Positions 1-9,489 of a stretch of 54,184 bases of DNA are shown here, piece after piece (positions within the stretch are counted from its first letter, which is position 1; each line of letters starts with the position of its first letter). A program made the translations under genes and the position numbers. This DNA is from a virus (taxonomy: Duplodnaviria > Caudoviricetes), in the IMG/VR virus record IMGVR_UViG_3300025168_000114, positions 1 through 54,184 of that record; one strand, written 5' to 3'. The notes beneath the pieces are model-generated. The model had not been told where the DNA came from, did not search any database, and saw only the letters and a list, made by a program, of their open reading frames with translations.

Positions 1-155
1 AGAAGAGCTGACTTTTCCTGCGGAGCCAGGGGGGGGGTGGGGGGAAGGGGGGCCTTTACCTTTTAAAGGGGGGTGCCTTTTAACCCTCGGCAATTTTTTC
101 CCACCAAATAACTGCCAGCACTTCTCCGGACCTGATGGGTCAGGGGGTAGGTCAT
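1..155. repeat. Left copy of direct terminal repeat
   Basis: 1-155 is identical to 54031-54184 except for one G in a homopolymer (G9 vs G8). Confidence 0.95.
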
Positions 156-396
156 TTGTTGGGTCGGCTACCTATACAACGGTTTGACCCGACTTGACCC
201 GACGACCCGACGATTTCGGAAAATTCTTAAAACTAAACTTTACTTTTATATATCCTATAGTAACTACCCCTTTTACTGTAAACTACTATATCATTGGGTC
301 ATTGGGTCATAGAATAGTATATAGTAATTAGTAAGGGGTTTTTTTTCGACCCGACCCGATTTGACCCGACTGGTTTTAGTTGGGTCAGTCGGGTCA
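137..396. repeat. Iteron-like GACCC(GAC)/GGGTC repeat cluster around an AT-rich core; candidate replication origin
   Basis: TTGACCCGAC at 184, 194 and 361; GACCCGAC at 204 and 348; GGGTC at 137, 161, 296, 304, 382 and 391; AT-rich 220-345; lies upstream of the primase-helicase operon. Confidence 0.65.
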
Positions 397-452
397 GATA
401 TACATATATATTTTTTCAAAAAAGCACACTACCAGCAAATTATTATTTGCCT

Positions 453-470
453 TAACCCCCAGACGGGTTA
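453..470. promoter_or_regulatory. Inverted repeat TAACCC-N6-GGGTTA, candidate operator
   Basis: Perfect 6 bp arms just upstream of a TAGAAT -10-like element (473-478) and the AGGAG RBS of the RHH gene. Confidence 0.35.
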
Positions 471-497
471 GTTAGAATACTGGAAAGGAGTTAGGAA

Positions 498-794
498 ATG
501 GCACACGATAGTACCCATAAAATCCCCCAGCTTGAACGCGCTGCGGCAATTTTATTAGCACAAGCAAAGATTATGAAGGGCGAATTAGCCGAGTATGACA
601 AGCGAGAAGTCCGAGATCACAAGTTCACTCTAGTCCTGTCCGAGGCAGAATTAAACAGACTTGAAGTTATCGCAGAGGCTACTGGGCAGTCTATGGCATC
701 CGTCCTGAGAAAAGGCATGGACAAGGTCATACCTTCTGAACTAGAACAGTCCGTGGTTGAGCACGCAAACCTTGGGGGGTTCTTCGATGAGTAA
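498..794 (+). CDS. Ribbon-helix-helix (CopG/Arc-like) DNA-binding protein
   Basis: KFTLVLSEAELNRLEVIAEATGQSMASVLRKGM fits the beta-alpha-alpha RHH pattern; AGGAG RBS. Confidence 0.65.
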   Translation: MAHDSTHKIPQLERAAAILLAQAKIMKGELAEYDKREVRDHKFTLVLSEAELNRLEVIAEATGQSMASVLRKGMDKVIPSELEQSVVEHANLGGFFDE

Positions 795-3069
795 TAGGTA
801 TGAACACCTGCCTGCAGTAGAGGACCTCACATCTGAGGAGCACGTCTACCGCACACGGACTTACACGACGGCAGAAGAAACAGACGCAGAATATCTCACT
901 ACCGGACTCTTTGATAAGAATCCTGCAACGACCATCAAGAAGCATGACTGTAAAGTAGTTGGAACGCTACTGCTCGACTTCGACCTGAAGGACTGGCTCG
1001 TTCACAACACCGGCAAGACCGAAGCCACTGTCAAGGAGATACTCAGAAACTCTAGCGAGAAAGCCTTAATGGACAAGCTCATGGAGTTCTGGGAGTTCAT
1101 CCAAGAGAACTTACCCATCCCACCAACCACCGTTGTCTGCTCAGGCTACGGCTTCCACTGCTACTTCTGGCTCGACTACGAGGTAGATTCCTTCCCCGAA
1201 GTTGCCACAGTACAAACCGCAAACCGCAATCTCGTTGAATACATTAACGATGCCGTGGATTTTGAACTGTGCGACACCGCTGTTATAAACCCTGGAGAGC
1301 GCGTGACCCGCGCCCCAGGGTCCTTCAATACCAAAGGCGGCAGCAAACGACTCGTCAAACTCGTCGCAAAGAAAGACTTTAAGTACAAGATGGATGCGTT
1401 CAAAGCGTTCCAGATTAAGAAAGACGGACTTACTAGCGGGGCCAACAAAGTAAAAGCGGCCACTTACGAGCAGACCACTGTCAACTTTGACGAAGTCGGA
1501 GACATCAAGTTCAAAGGAGGAAAGCTTAAAGACCTCGGGGAAGTCGCATCCGCGCTCGTTGAGGCAGTCAAAGAAGGGCGAAGAGACCCTGGTGAACACC
1601 TCCGGTGCGCCTGCCCGTTCCATGCGGGCAAGAGTGATGACTCCGCTTTCCTCAGATTAGGCCGTGACAACCAGCCTATGCTCAGTTGCTCAGGCTGCAA
1701 GACCACTTGGAGAGACAGTAGATTCTCTAACGGTATGAGAATTGATGCAGCAGTTGCGGAACTGCTAGACCGAACCGAGAAAGGTAAGGTCATGCCCTCC
1801 GCCAAGAACGTCACCATAGTCCTTCGGCACGATAAGATACTACGGGATAAGATCTACTTCAACGAAATGGACCACAACCCTTGGCTACTAGACGACTGCT
1901 CGTCTCTGTTTGCCCCTACAGGAGGCAGGCCAGAGGGTAGACCTTGGCAAGATGACGATGAATGCCTCCTTCGGGCCTACATTCGGGACACATATAATGT
2001 AGAAATCAGTTTGACAAAAGTCTTTGAAGGGTGCAAGGAGGTCGCATTGCGGAATCCACGCCATCCTTTACGCGATTCTCTCGTAGCAGCACGCAAACAT
2101 TGGATGGATTCGGGAAAACCTAAGGTAATAAACACTTGGTTCCGAAATGTTTTCCCAGAAGTAGTTGACAATGAACTACATAGGGCTTATGCAAAGCGTT
2201 TTTTGCTCGGAATGGTGTCCAGAATCTTCAAGCCGGGCACTAAATTCGACAATATTTTGATTCTCGTAGGCGAACAGGGGGCAAGAAAGTCCACCTTCGT
2301 CCGTGAACTGGCGGGAGACTCCTATGCAGGCGAGTCCCATCTTGACTTCCAGAACAATCGCAGTTGTGTGGAGCAGATATCAGGTGCATGGCTCTACGAA
2401 GTTGCCGAGTTCGACCGGTACGGCCCTAAGGAGCAGGCATTATTGAAGGGATTCCTCAGTGTACAAGAGGATAAGGTACGTAAAGCCTACGGTAGGCACG
2501 CAACTATCGCACCTCGCACTACCTGTTTCGTCGGAACGTCAAATAAACAAGACATTTTGGTAGATGAGACGGGTTCTCGCCGCTACTGGGTCATCGAAGT
2601 AGGGGAAAAAGTGGACATCGAGTGGTTACGTGCCCACAGAGATGAACTTTTAGGCGAGGCTACGGACTACTATATGCAGAATAAGAACGAAAACTACTTC
2701 CTGCACCTCACTCCAGAGCTTGAACTACAGAGAAACGAGCACAACGAGGACCAATTCAAGGCTACTCACGAACTTGCGCCTACAATTGCACAGGCATTTA
2801 GCGTTAAGTCCATGATTATGCACCGGTTAGACCCCTCTAGGTTCACTGCATCGGAAGTTGCTGACGCTATGGGCATCTCTATCCGAGATCAGAAGCTAAG
2901 AAAGTACGCTATTCCGAATGCTTTGCGTGAACTAGGCTGTACCAAGAGCAAAAACAAGGTCAAACACAAGGGAATCCGCGTAAGAGTGTGGACTTATCAG
3001 GCCGCAGCGGACGCATACACCCCAAAAGAAGGCGAAGGTTTCTCGCTAGAGGGTGTAATTAGTGCTTGA
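787..3069 (+). CDS. Primase-helicase: RepB-like AEP primase + Zn finger + VirE/VapE-type P-loop helicase
   Basis: AEP motifs LLDFD, SGYGFHCY and TRAPGSFN; CACPFH...CSGC zinc knuckle; Walker A GEQGARKST and VapE-like GTSN...DETGSRRYW. ATG at 787 preferred over 757 because it overlaps the upstream stop and has a G-rich RBS. Confidence 0.85.
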   Translation: MSNRYEHLPAVEDLTSEEHVYRTRTYTTAEETDAEYLTTGLFDKNPATTIKKHDCKVVGTLLLDFDLKDWLVHNTGKTEATVKEILRNSSEKALMDKLMEFWEFIQENLPIPPTTVVCSGYGFHCYFWLDYEVDSFPEVATVQTANRNLVEYINDAVDFELCDTAVINPGERVTRAPGSFNTKGGSKRLVKLVAKKDFKYKMDAFKAFQIKKDGLTSGANKVKAATYEQTTVNFDEVGDIKFKGGKLKDLGEVASALVEAVKEGRRDPGEHLRCACPFHAGKSDDSAFLRLGRDNQPMLSCSGCKTTWRDSRFSNGMRIDAAVAELLDRTEKGKVMPSAKNVTIVLRHDKILRDKIYFNEMDHNPWLLDDCSSLFAPTGGRPEGRPWQDDDECLLRAYIRDTYNVEISLTKVFEGCKEVALRNPRHPLRDSLVAARKHWMDSGKPKVINTWFRNVFPEVVDNELHRAYAKRFLLGMVSRIFKPGTKFDNILILVGEQGARKSTFVRELAGDSYAGESHLDFQNNRSCVEQISGAWLYEVAEFDRYGPKEQALLKGFLSVQEDKVRKAYGRHATIAPRTTCFVGTSNKQDILVDETGSRRYWVIEVGEKVDIEWLRAHRDELLGEATDYYMQNKNENYFLHLTPELELQRNEHNEDQFKATHELAPTIAQAFSVKSMIMHRLDPSRFTASEVADAMGISIRDQKLRKYAIPNALRELGCTKSKNKVKHKGIRVRVWTYQAAADAYTPKEGEGFSLEGVISA

Positions 3070-3808
3070 CAACAAACTATATGGCCGCCCTAGGGCCCAC
3101 ACCCCCATATATCTGGAGTACTGCAACCTATACCCCTTCCAAGGTACGCGGTTAGACGAACTCTGCGAGTTTATGGGGCGTTGGCAGGGTAAACCTGCGG
3201 GATATTTGTACTCACATATGCGTTCTAAGGCCTTTTTCATGGTAACTCCGCCCTTCTGGCCCCACTTTGCCAAGGACACGCTGGCCAGGATGGGCAATAT
3301 TGGCTTCGGACCCTACGATGTGGCGTGTGCAACCCTACTATCTCCCCCGCCTGGCAGTGAAAACAAGAAATCCTACTGGATGTGCAGGACTGTGCAGATA
3401 GTTAAGGCCTATTGTTTGGGACTTCCGGTAGCTTGGCCTAAGAAAAGGCAACCACTTTGCCAAGAAGAGGACGTTGAGTACGCATATCAGCGCGATTTCC
3501 TGCTAGGTTTGGAGTTATTGAGCAAATACCTGCCGTTTTTGAGTCACGTCTGGGGAGTAAACTACCGTTTAGTGCCCTCGACCCTAGGTTATCAGGACAG
3601 ATACCTAGAACGGTACAAGTTAAAGCAGCGATTATCCGACGAGCCCCTCTGGATTACCCTAAAAGAGTTGAAAGAACTCCCTGTAATCCCAGAAAAGTAC
3701 ATAGAGTCGCCCCAAAACCTGCGATACTTAGGTGCAAGTCCTCGCGCCACACTCAATAAATTCACTGAAGCAGCAAAACCCTACAAGGAGTTGATACATG
3801 ACACTTAA
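3062..3808 (+). CDS. Hypothetical protein
   Basis: 248 aa ORF overlapping both neighbours in operon fashion; no recognised motif. Confidence 0.6.
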   Translation: MLDNKLYGRPRAHTPIYLEYCNLYPFQGTRLDELCEFMGRWQGKPAGYLYSHMRSKAFFMVTPPFWPHFAKDTLARMGNIGFGPYDVACATLLSPPPGSENKKSYWMCRTVQIVKAYCLGLPVAWPKKRQPLCQEEDVEYAYQRDFLLGLELLSKYLPFLSHVWGVNYRLVPSTLGYQDRYLERYKLKQRLSDEPLWITLKELKELPVIPEKYIESPQNLRYLGASPRATLNKFTEAAKPYKELIHDT

Positions 3809-4208
3809 GAAGCAGAAGAAAAACGCAGTAGCGTCCACAGCGGACCAGAATGAAGAGTATATCACTTGGCTTTCCCTAGTTCCCGCTAAGGAAAGGAACC
3901 GTATGTCGGAGATGGTAAAGAACCACCCGCTAGATTCGTTTGGTGACCTATCAGACCTGACCAAAAAGATCACTGCAGAGGTCCTAGCAGGCACGTTAAG
4001 CCCTTCTGTGGCCAAGACTATACTAGACTTCGTCCAAACGCTATTCACTTGCATAGGGGCCGCCTCAGCGGAGTCTTCTAGGACAGGCGGAGGCTCTGCA
4101 GAGTTGACTGCGCTAGAAACTTTAGCAGAAAGTTCTCAGCAAATACAGGACACTGTCATAGACTTTGCTACAGTAGACGTTACACCATCAATATTTAACA
4201 AGAACTAG
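3798..4208 (+). CDS. Hypothetical protein, possible terminase small subunit
   Basis: 136 aa helical protein with AGGAG RBS directly upstream of the terminase large subunit; the function is positional inference only. Confidence 0.5.
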   Translation: MTLKKQKKNAVASTADQNEEYITWLSLVPAKERNRMSEMVKNHPLDSFGDLSDLTKKITAEVLAGTLSPSVAKTILDFVQTLFTCIGAASAESSRTGGGSAELTALETLAESSQQIQDTVIDFATVDVTPSIFNKN

Positions 4209-4216
4209 GCGGCACA

Positions 4217-5980
4217 GTGGCTAAAAAGACGGAGGATGGGGGGGTACAGACCATTGATTGGGCTACTGCTTCCCCACAAATCATAGATCTTATGAAGGAC
4301 CCTGCCATATCCCTGCCTCGGTACGGATATGTAGTGGACCAGAAGACGAATGGTACGATTCGGTACGACCCCTACCGTATTACGCACAATATGCAAGCCA
4401 CTATCATCAAGTTCTTCTCTGATTCGCCAAAGACACAGCATAATCAGGACGTATGGCTGAATGTGCTGAAATATCGGCAGGGGGGTGCGTCCACCACTTC
4501 CGTATTTGCGGCATTCCCCGAAACTGCGTGGTCACCGGGCTCAGACCTCGTTGTTATTGCGGATAATAAGGAACGTGCAAAGTATCTGCAGCAAAGGCTG
4601 CACCAACTCTACACATTCTGGCCAGATGAGGTAAAGCCTGCGAAGGTCCCACAGTCTGAACGTAACCAGATGACCTTCGACCCCCGCATTGGTGGAAAAA
4701 TTCGCGTGCTTTCAGCAGAACAGGGCGCAGTTGGTATCGGTCAGTCACCATCTGCTATGGTCGCGTCCGAGATTCCCTTCTGGGCCAACGCTGATGAGGC
4801 ACTTGGGCTCATTACTCCGTCAATGATTAACAGGGACAAAGGTAAGATGCTATGGGAGTCCACTCCTGCGCCTGCTAACGCACCTTCGGTAGAGGCATGG
4901 AGAAGACTTTACGAGGACGGCAAGAGAGGTAACGGTCGTTGGCGTTCTGTGTTCTTCCCCTACTGGGATGGGAAGTTGTGTGCCCGAGCATGGAGGGCAG
5001 ACTGGACACTTACCAATGATGAGGCCCGTATGATGGAGCGCTACGGGGATCAGGGATTACAACTATGTAACCTTGCGTTTCGTCGGTACATCATGGACAC
5101 TGTGCCCGAGTTCAGGCGTGTGCCAGAACTGTTTAACGTATACTATCCGTCAGACGATGTCACTTGCTGGATGGCCTCAGACAATGCCGTACTCGGGCAG
5201 CATCTACTTGAACGTCACGCAAAGGCTAAGTTGAAAGAGTGGAAAGGGCCTTACATGGAGTACGAGCAGCCAGAGGCTGGAGCGCAGTACGTTATCGGGG
5301 TTGACCCTGCAGGCCATGCGGCACGAGATCACGCATCATTCCAAGTACTGAAAGTATACGAAGGCGAGTGGACTCAAGTCGCCTGCTATGCTGCACACAC
5401 GGACCCTCTAGCGTTTACTAATAAGCTGCACGACGTAGGACTTAAGTACAATAAGGCTAGATTGGCTATTGAGTCTAATGGTGTTGGCCAAGGGACCATT
5501 ACTTTGCTAAGGCAGTTAGGCTACCCCGAGATTATCTATGAGAAACCCTTTAGGCCTGGAATTACATCCACTCTCCAGAGTAAAGACAAGATGCTCGCAG
5601 GGCTTCAAGACGCATTGCTCGATACCCTTGAGCTTCGGGACCTTGATACTCTCAGCCAACTTCAGACTTACGGCCATGACAAAAAAATCGAAGAAGCGTC
5701 CAGTGCCGTGCAACTAAGAGGTAAGGTAGGGAAGGGCCGACGTGAGCGTCATCACTGGGATAAGGTATCAGCGTTGATGCTAGGCATCGAAGGCGCAAGG
5801 GAGTGGATGCCCCGCAGGTTCAAGCCTAAGGCTCCCGAACCAGAAAAGCAAGTTTTAAAATTTTCTGAATACAGTTATAACCAGATTCAGGAGTTTAAAA
5901 AGCAACAGGGCGACACTGAGATTAAGGATAAGAAGGCATCACACACCAAAACTCGCTATAAGAAGCGAAGGAGAAAATAG
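4217..5980 (+). CDS. terL: Terminase large subunit
   Basis: Walker A-like LKYRQGGAST, Walker B-like MVASEIPFW, ESTP coupling motif, RNase H-like nuclease GVDPAG...IESNGVG...WDKVSA. Confidence 0.9.
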   Translation: MAKKTEDGGVQTIDWATASPQIIDLMKDPAISLPRYGYVVDQKTNGTIRYDPYRITHNMQATIIKFFSDSPKTQHNQDVWLNVLKYRQGGASTTSVFAAFPETAWSPGSDLVVIADNKERAKYLQQRLHQLYTFWPDEVKPAKVPQSERNQMTFDPRIGGKIRVLSAEQGAVGIGQSPSAMVASEIPFWANADEALGLITPSMINRDKGKMLWESTPAPANAPSVEAWRRLYEDGKRGNGRWRSVFFPYWDGKLCARAWRADWTLTNDEARMMERYGDQGLQLCNLAFRRYIMDTVPEFRRVPELFNVYYPSDDVTCWMASDNAVLGQHLLERHAKAKLKEWKGPYMEYEQPEAGAQYVIGVDPAGHAARDHASFQVLKVYEGEWTQVACYAAHTDPLAFTNKLHDVGLKYNKARLAIESNGVGQGTITLLRQLGYPEIIYEKPFRPGITSTLQSKDKMLAGLQDALLDTLELRDLDTLSQLQTYGHDKKIEEASSAVQLRGKVGKGRRERHHWDKVSALMLGIEGAREWMPRRFKPKAPEPEKQVLKFSEYSYNQIQEFKKQQGDTEIKDKKASHTKTRYKKRRRK

Positions 5981-7897
5981 ATGGCTCTTACGGACACTCA
6001 AATAAACGAATTGATTCACGCTCATCGCAAACGGGCGGAGTCAGAGAATACAGCCTTTGACAAGTACCGGTCGTTCTATCGGTCGGAGTACTGGTCCTCG
6101 AATGGGGGCGAGGCACAGAATGTTCTGGGAGGAATGGATGAGAGGGCGGACACACCCGTTACTGAGGTAAACTATGCCTACGCCTACGTCGATACAATGG
6201 TTGCTTCCGTCGTACCGCCAAACCCCGCAGTTACAATTCTACCAAAGAAAGAGTCCTTGCGCAATCAGGCAAAGCGCAGAGAGATGCTTGTCAATGACCT
6301 ATTTGACAGAACTGAGATCGTTGAACAACTCTGGGAAGCAGCGACTCTTGCAGGCGTTTGTGGTCGTGCGTTCTTCAAAGCCTTCTGGTCAGAGCGTCAC
6401 AACCGTCCAGAGTTTTCAGTCGTAGACCCCAAGTTCGTTTGGTTTGACAGAGAGGCCAAGAAGTGGGACGACGTTCGTTATGTCGCTCAGGTTACAGTTA
6501 AGACTAAGGAAGAGTTTGAATCTATCGTAAAGGAGCAGCTGGAGGCGTGTGCTGGGGAACTTCAGAACCTCGAGATGAAAGAGGGCGAGATTGAAAAGGA
6601 TATGGCGGAAGACATCATGGAAGAGATGCCTCAGGTTGATGCTGTTTCTGTTGATATTAAGTCCTCGGAAGAGACTCGGATCTTAGAAAAAATACGTAAG
6701 CTAGAAGATATTCTAGAACGTACTGACTACAACGCCTACCCTAAATGGCTTTCGGACAAGGCTCAGACTGGAAACTATATGTCTGACACAGCACGGGAAG
6801 TCTTTAAGTGGGTAGTTGTATATGAGTTCTACGATTTCGTAGGTGACGGTCGGTTCCACATGATCGTAGACGGGCAGTCCACGCCTTTCTACTCAGAAGA
6901 GTTGCCTTACCGACACCTCAAGAACCCTTTCCGCCTGTTGACTTTCAACTCAAACTTAGAAGATGTTGCAGGGATGAGCGATGTTAAACTCATTGCCCCA
7001 ATGCTAGAGGAATTGAACGAGGTTGAAAGTCTTCGCCTCTGGTTCATGAAGTCTTCTATCCCTGTCATGACACTGAACAAAGGTCTGTGCGATAACTCTG
7101 CTGATGTCAAGTCTGCATTCGAGCGGCTGAATGTCGGAGACTTACTCGAAGTAGAGGGCCGTCAGAGTGCGCCTATCGAGCACATCATCGGCATGATGCA
7201 GACCCCTTCCCTATCCCCTGACTTTGCAAACGTAACTAACAGATTGGAGTCTTCAATTGAACAAACTCTTGGTTTATCTAAGTACTCACGTGGCGGCGTG
7301 GGTAATACGGATGTTGCAACGGAAGTAGCGTTAGCGGATGCGGCAAACCGTACCCGTAATGGTCGCCGCCAAAAGAAAGTATACTCCGCATTAAGTTGGA
7401 TGACTACCAGTGCCCTCAGACTGTGGGAAGAGAATCTAAGTGACGATGATCTTCTGATGGTCAGAGTAGATGAGTTGGCTCCGTATGAGGAAATCAACAG
7501 GGACGGCATGGGTATGGTAGGTGTGGAAGAAGTAGACCACACAGAGTCCGTAGAAATGTATGCATACGAGGCTGTCCCCTACTCAGCGGCAGACAACAAC
7601 CGTGTTGTACAACTGCAGCAGATGCAGCAGTGGATGGCCCCCTTAACAGGTAATCCTGCGATTGCACCTTTTGTAGATGGCGCGAAGTTAGCAAGAAGAA
7701 TGCTAGAACTTTTAGAAGTTCCAGAAGTGTTCGCTACACCGCAGCCTCAGCCACAACAACCAATGGCCCCAGGACTTGGCACGCCACCTGGCGTAGAAGA
7801 AGGTGCCCCCCCAGGCGGACTTGCGGGAGCAGAAGCTCCTTTGCAAGAGGCTCCAGAAGGGTTACCTATTTTAGACGGATCATCACCAGCGATTTAG
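5981..7897 (+). CDS. Portal protein (P22-like)
   Basis: Follows TerL; 638 aa; VNYAYAYVD start helix, GGVGNTDVATEVAL segment and Pro/Gln-rich tail typical of podoviral portals. Confidence 0.8.
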   Translation: MALTDTQINELIHAHRKRAESENTAFDKYRSFYRSEYWSSNGGEAQNVLGGMDERADTPVTEVNYAYAYVDTMVASVVPPNPAVTILPKKESLRNQAKRREMLVNDLFDRTEIVEQLWEAATLAGVCGRAFFKAFWSERHNRPEFSVVDPKFVWFDREAKKWDDVRYVAQVTVKTKEEFESIVKEQLEACAGELQNLEMKEGEIEKDMAEDIMEEMPQVDAVSVDIKSSEETRILEKIRKLEDILERTDYNAYPKWLSDKAQTGNYMSDTAREVFKWVVVYEFYDFVGDGRFHMIVDGQSTPFYSEELPYRHLKNPFRLLTFNSNLEDVAGMSDVKLIAPMLEELNEVESLRLWFMKSSIPVMTLNKGLCDNSADVKSAFERLNVGDLLEVEGRQSAPIEHIIGMMQTPSLSPDFANVTNRLESSIEQTLGLSKYSRGGVGNTDVATEVALADAANRTRNGRRQKKVYSALSWMTTSALRLWEENLSDDDLLMVRVDELAPYEEINRDGMGMVGVEEVDHTESVEMYAYEAVPYSAADNNRVVQLQQMQQWMAPLTGNPAIAPFVDGAKLARRMLELLEVPEVFATPQPQPQQPMAPGLGTPPGVEEGAPPGGLAGAEAPLQEAPEGLPILDGSSPAI

Positions 7898-7906
7898 GAG
7901 GGCACA

Positions 7907-8134
7907 GTGGTAAAGGAATTTGAGATAGAAGAAACGGACAGTCCGGTAATCTACTTAGTAAGTATTCCAGGCGCAGTACTTTATCGTCATTCACAGAAAG
8001 ATAAATTAATTATCGAAGTGAAAGGGCACGTTGTAGGGGAAGTGTCTAGACTCGCTGTAGCGTCTGGGCTCGTAGACCTAGACGAGATGGGGCACTATAT
8101 TGAATCACCCTCTGCTGACATCCCGGAGGCGTAG
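7907..8134 (+). CDS. Hypothetical protein
   Basis: 75 aa, GGAGG RBS, abuts the next gene. Confidence 0.6.
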   Translation: MVKEFEIEETDSPVIYLVSIPGAVLYRHSQKDKLIIEVKGHVVGEVSRLAVASGLVDLDEMGHYIESPSADIPEA

Positions 8135-8569
8135 ATGCCCCTCTATGACACGGAGTGTTCAGGATGTGGCTTGGTGGACGAGTACTTCTGCTCCCTCGAG
8201 GGGCACAAAGAACTCCAAGCAGGAAAAGTCAGTTGCGAGTGTGGAGGTTATCTTAGTATTTTGATACGACCTGTAATGTTCGTAGGGCCTCGATGCGACC
8301 GCCCGCTTACTATACCTAACGCAGGCAAGTCTTTCACAGACCCTGGCCAACTACGGGAATGGCAAAAGGCTAACCCAGAGCAGCAAATCTATGGACCTAA
8401 CGATAAGATTTGGCAGCACGAGAAAGAGAAACTCGAAGACAAAGTAACTAAAAAACTGCAAAAGAAGGGTTACCGAGATAGACATCATTACAGTGAATCA
8501 AGAAAGTCCGAGATGAAGCGCAAGGCCCTAGTTAACTCCGGTGAGGCCGGGGTCAAGAAGTTCTTTTAG
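8135..8569 (+). CDS. FmdB-like zinc-ribbon protein
   Basis: MPLYDTECSGCG...CECGG; such genes often lie between portal and scaffold. Confidence 0.7.
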   Translation: MPLYDTECSGCGLVDEYFCSLEGHKELQAGKVSCECGGYLSILIRPVMFVGPRCDRPLTIPNAGKSFTDPGQLREWQKANPEQQIYGPNDKIWQHEKEKLEDKVTKKLQKKGYRDRHHYSESRKSEMKRKALVNSGEAGVKKFF

Positions 8570-8616
8570 TTTGACAACGACAACCAGCCATATTAGGCAC
8601 AAAGCAGGAGTGAGTA

Positions 8617-9480
8617 ATGGGTGATGCCATTGAGACTAACATAGAGAGCGCACCAGTAGATGCGGCACCAGCCGAGGCAGCACAAGTATCCGCGCCTCCG
8701 GCAGACGCGCCTTCTACTGTGGAGGCTGCCCCTGAGGTGGCTGCTGCACCTGAAGTTCCAGCGGAACCCACCGCTCCCTCCTACTCTTACCCCAGTACTA
8801 AAGACTTTAAGTTTAAGGACTGGAACGGCCAAGTCGAGGAGTTTCCCGAAGACTCGCGTGAGTTTATCTCCGCGCTCTGGGGCCACCACGGCAAGGCGAA
8901 GCAGGCCCACCTAACGGAACTTTCTGATCTCCGTCAGTTGTGGGAGTCCAAAGAAGATGACCCTAGAATTGCAGAACTAACCAACTCCTCAAGTGAGTGG
9001 GAGACTAAGTATAACGAACTTAATACTAAGTCTCAGCAACGGGAAGAATCAATAGAAGCAGCAATTAAGGCTGACGTGGACCGCTACGAAGAGCGTTTCC
9101 GCCGTCGCCACCCAGAATTATTTACTAATGAGAAGTTGGGCAAGACTATGTCTGCGCTTCTCACAGAGGGTTGGGAGCCCGAGGCCGCTGCAGAGTTGGC
9201 CAAAAACCCCGCACTTAAAGCCGCAGCAGTGAACTTTAAGTTACGCGGAACTCCCGATGAGTTGGCAGTGGACCTCGCACGAGGTCAAGTAGAAGGCGGC
9301 AAATCTTCAATAGGTGTTGGCACAAAGCCTACCCCACGTCCCGCAGCCGCAAAGGTTGCAGGGGTGCAGGGTGCGCGGAGTGCTAGTTCTGTTGAGGGAC
9401 TTGGAAAACAACGCAGTTGGGAGACTATGCGCGATGTTGCGCTTAATCGTGCCCAGAAGCGGTTCAACCTTCCAGACTAG
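8617..9480 (+). CDS. Capsid scaffolding protein
   Basis: Acidic Ala/Pro-rich N-terminus, coiled-coil core, directly upstream of the major capsid gene. Confidence 0.7.
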   Translation: MGDAIETNIESAPVDAAPAEAAQVSAPPADAPSTVEAAPEVAAAPEVPAEPTAPSYSYPSTKDFKFKDWNGQVEEFPEDSREFISALWGHHGKAKQAHLTELSDLRQLWESKEDDPRIAELTNSSSEWETKYNELNTKSQQREESIEAAIKADVDRYEERFRRRHPELFTNEKLGKTMSALLTEGWEPEAAAELAKNPALKAAAVNFKLRGTPDELAVDLARGQVEGGKSSIGVGTKPTPRPAAAKVAGVQGARSASSVEGLGKQRSWETMRDVALNRAQKRFNLPD

Positions 9481-9489
9481 GAGACAACA

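Noticed and set aside
8571-8599. Perfect TTGACA upstream of the scaffold gene
   Set aside because: No convincing -10 hexamer at 16-18 bp spacing.
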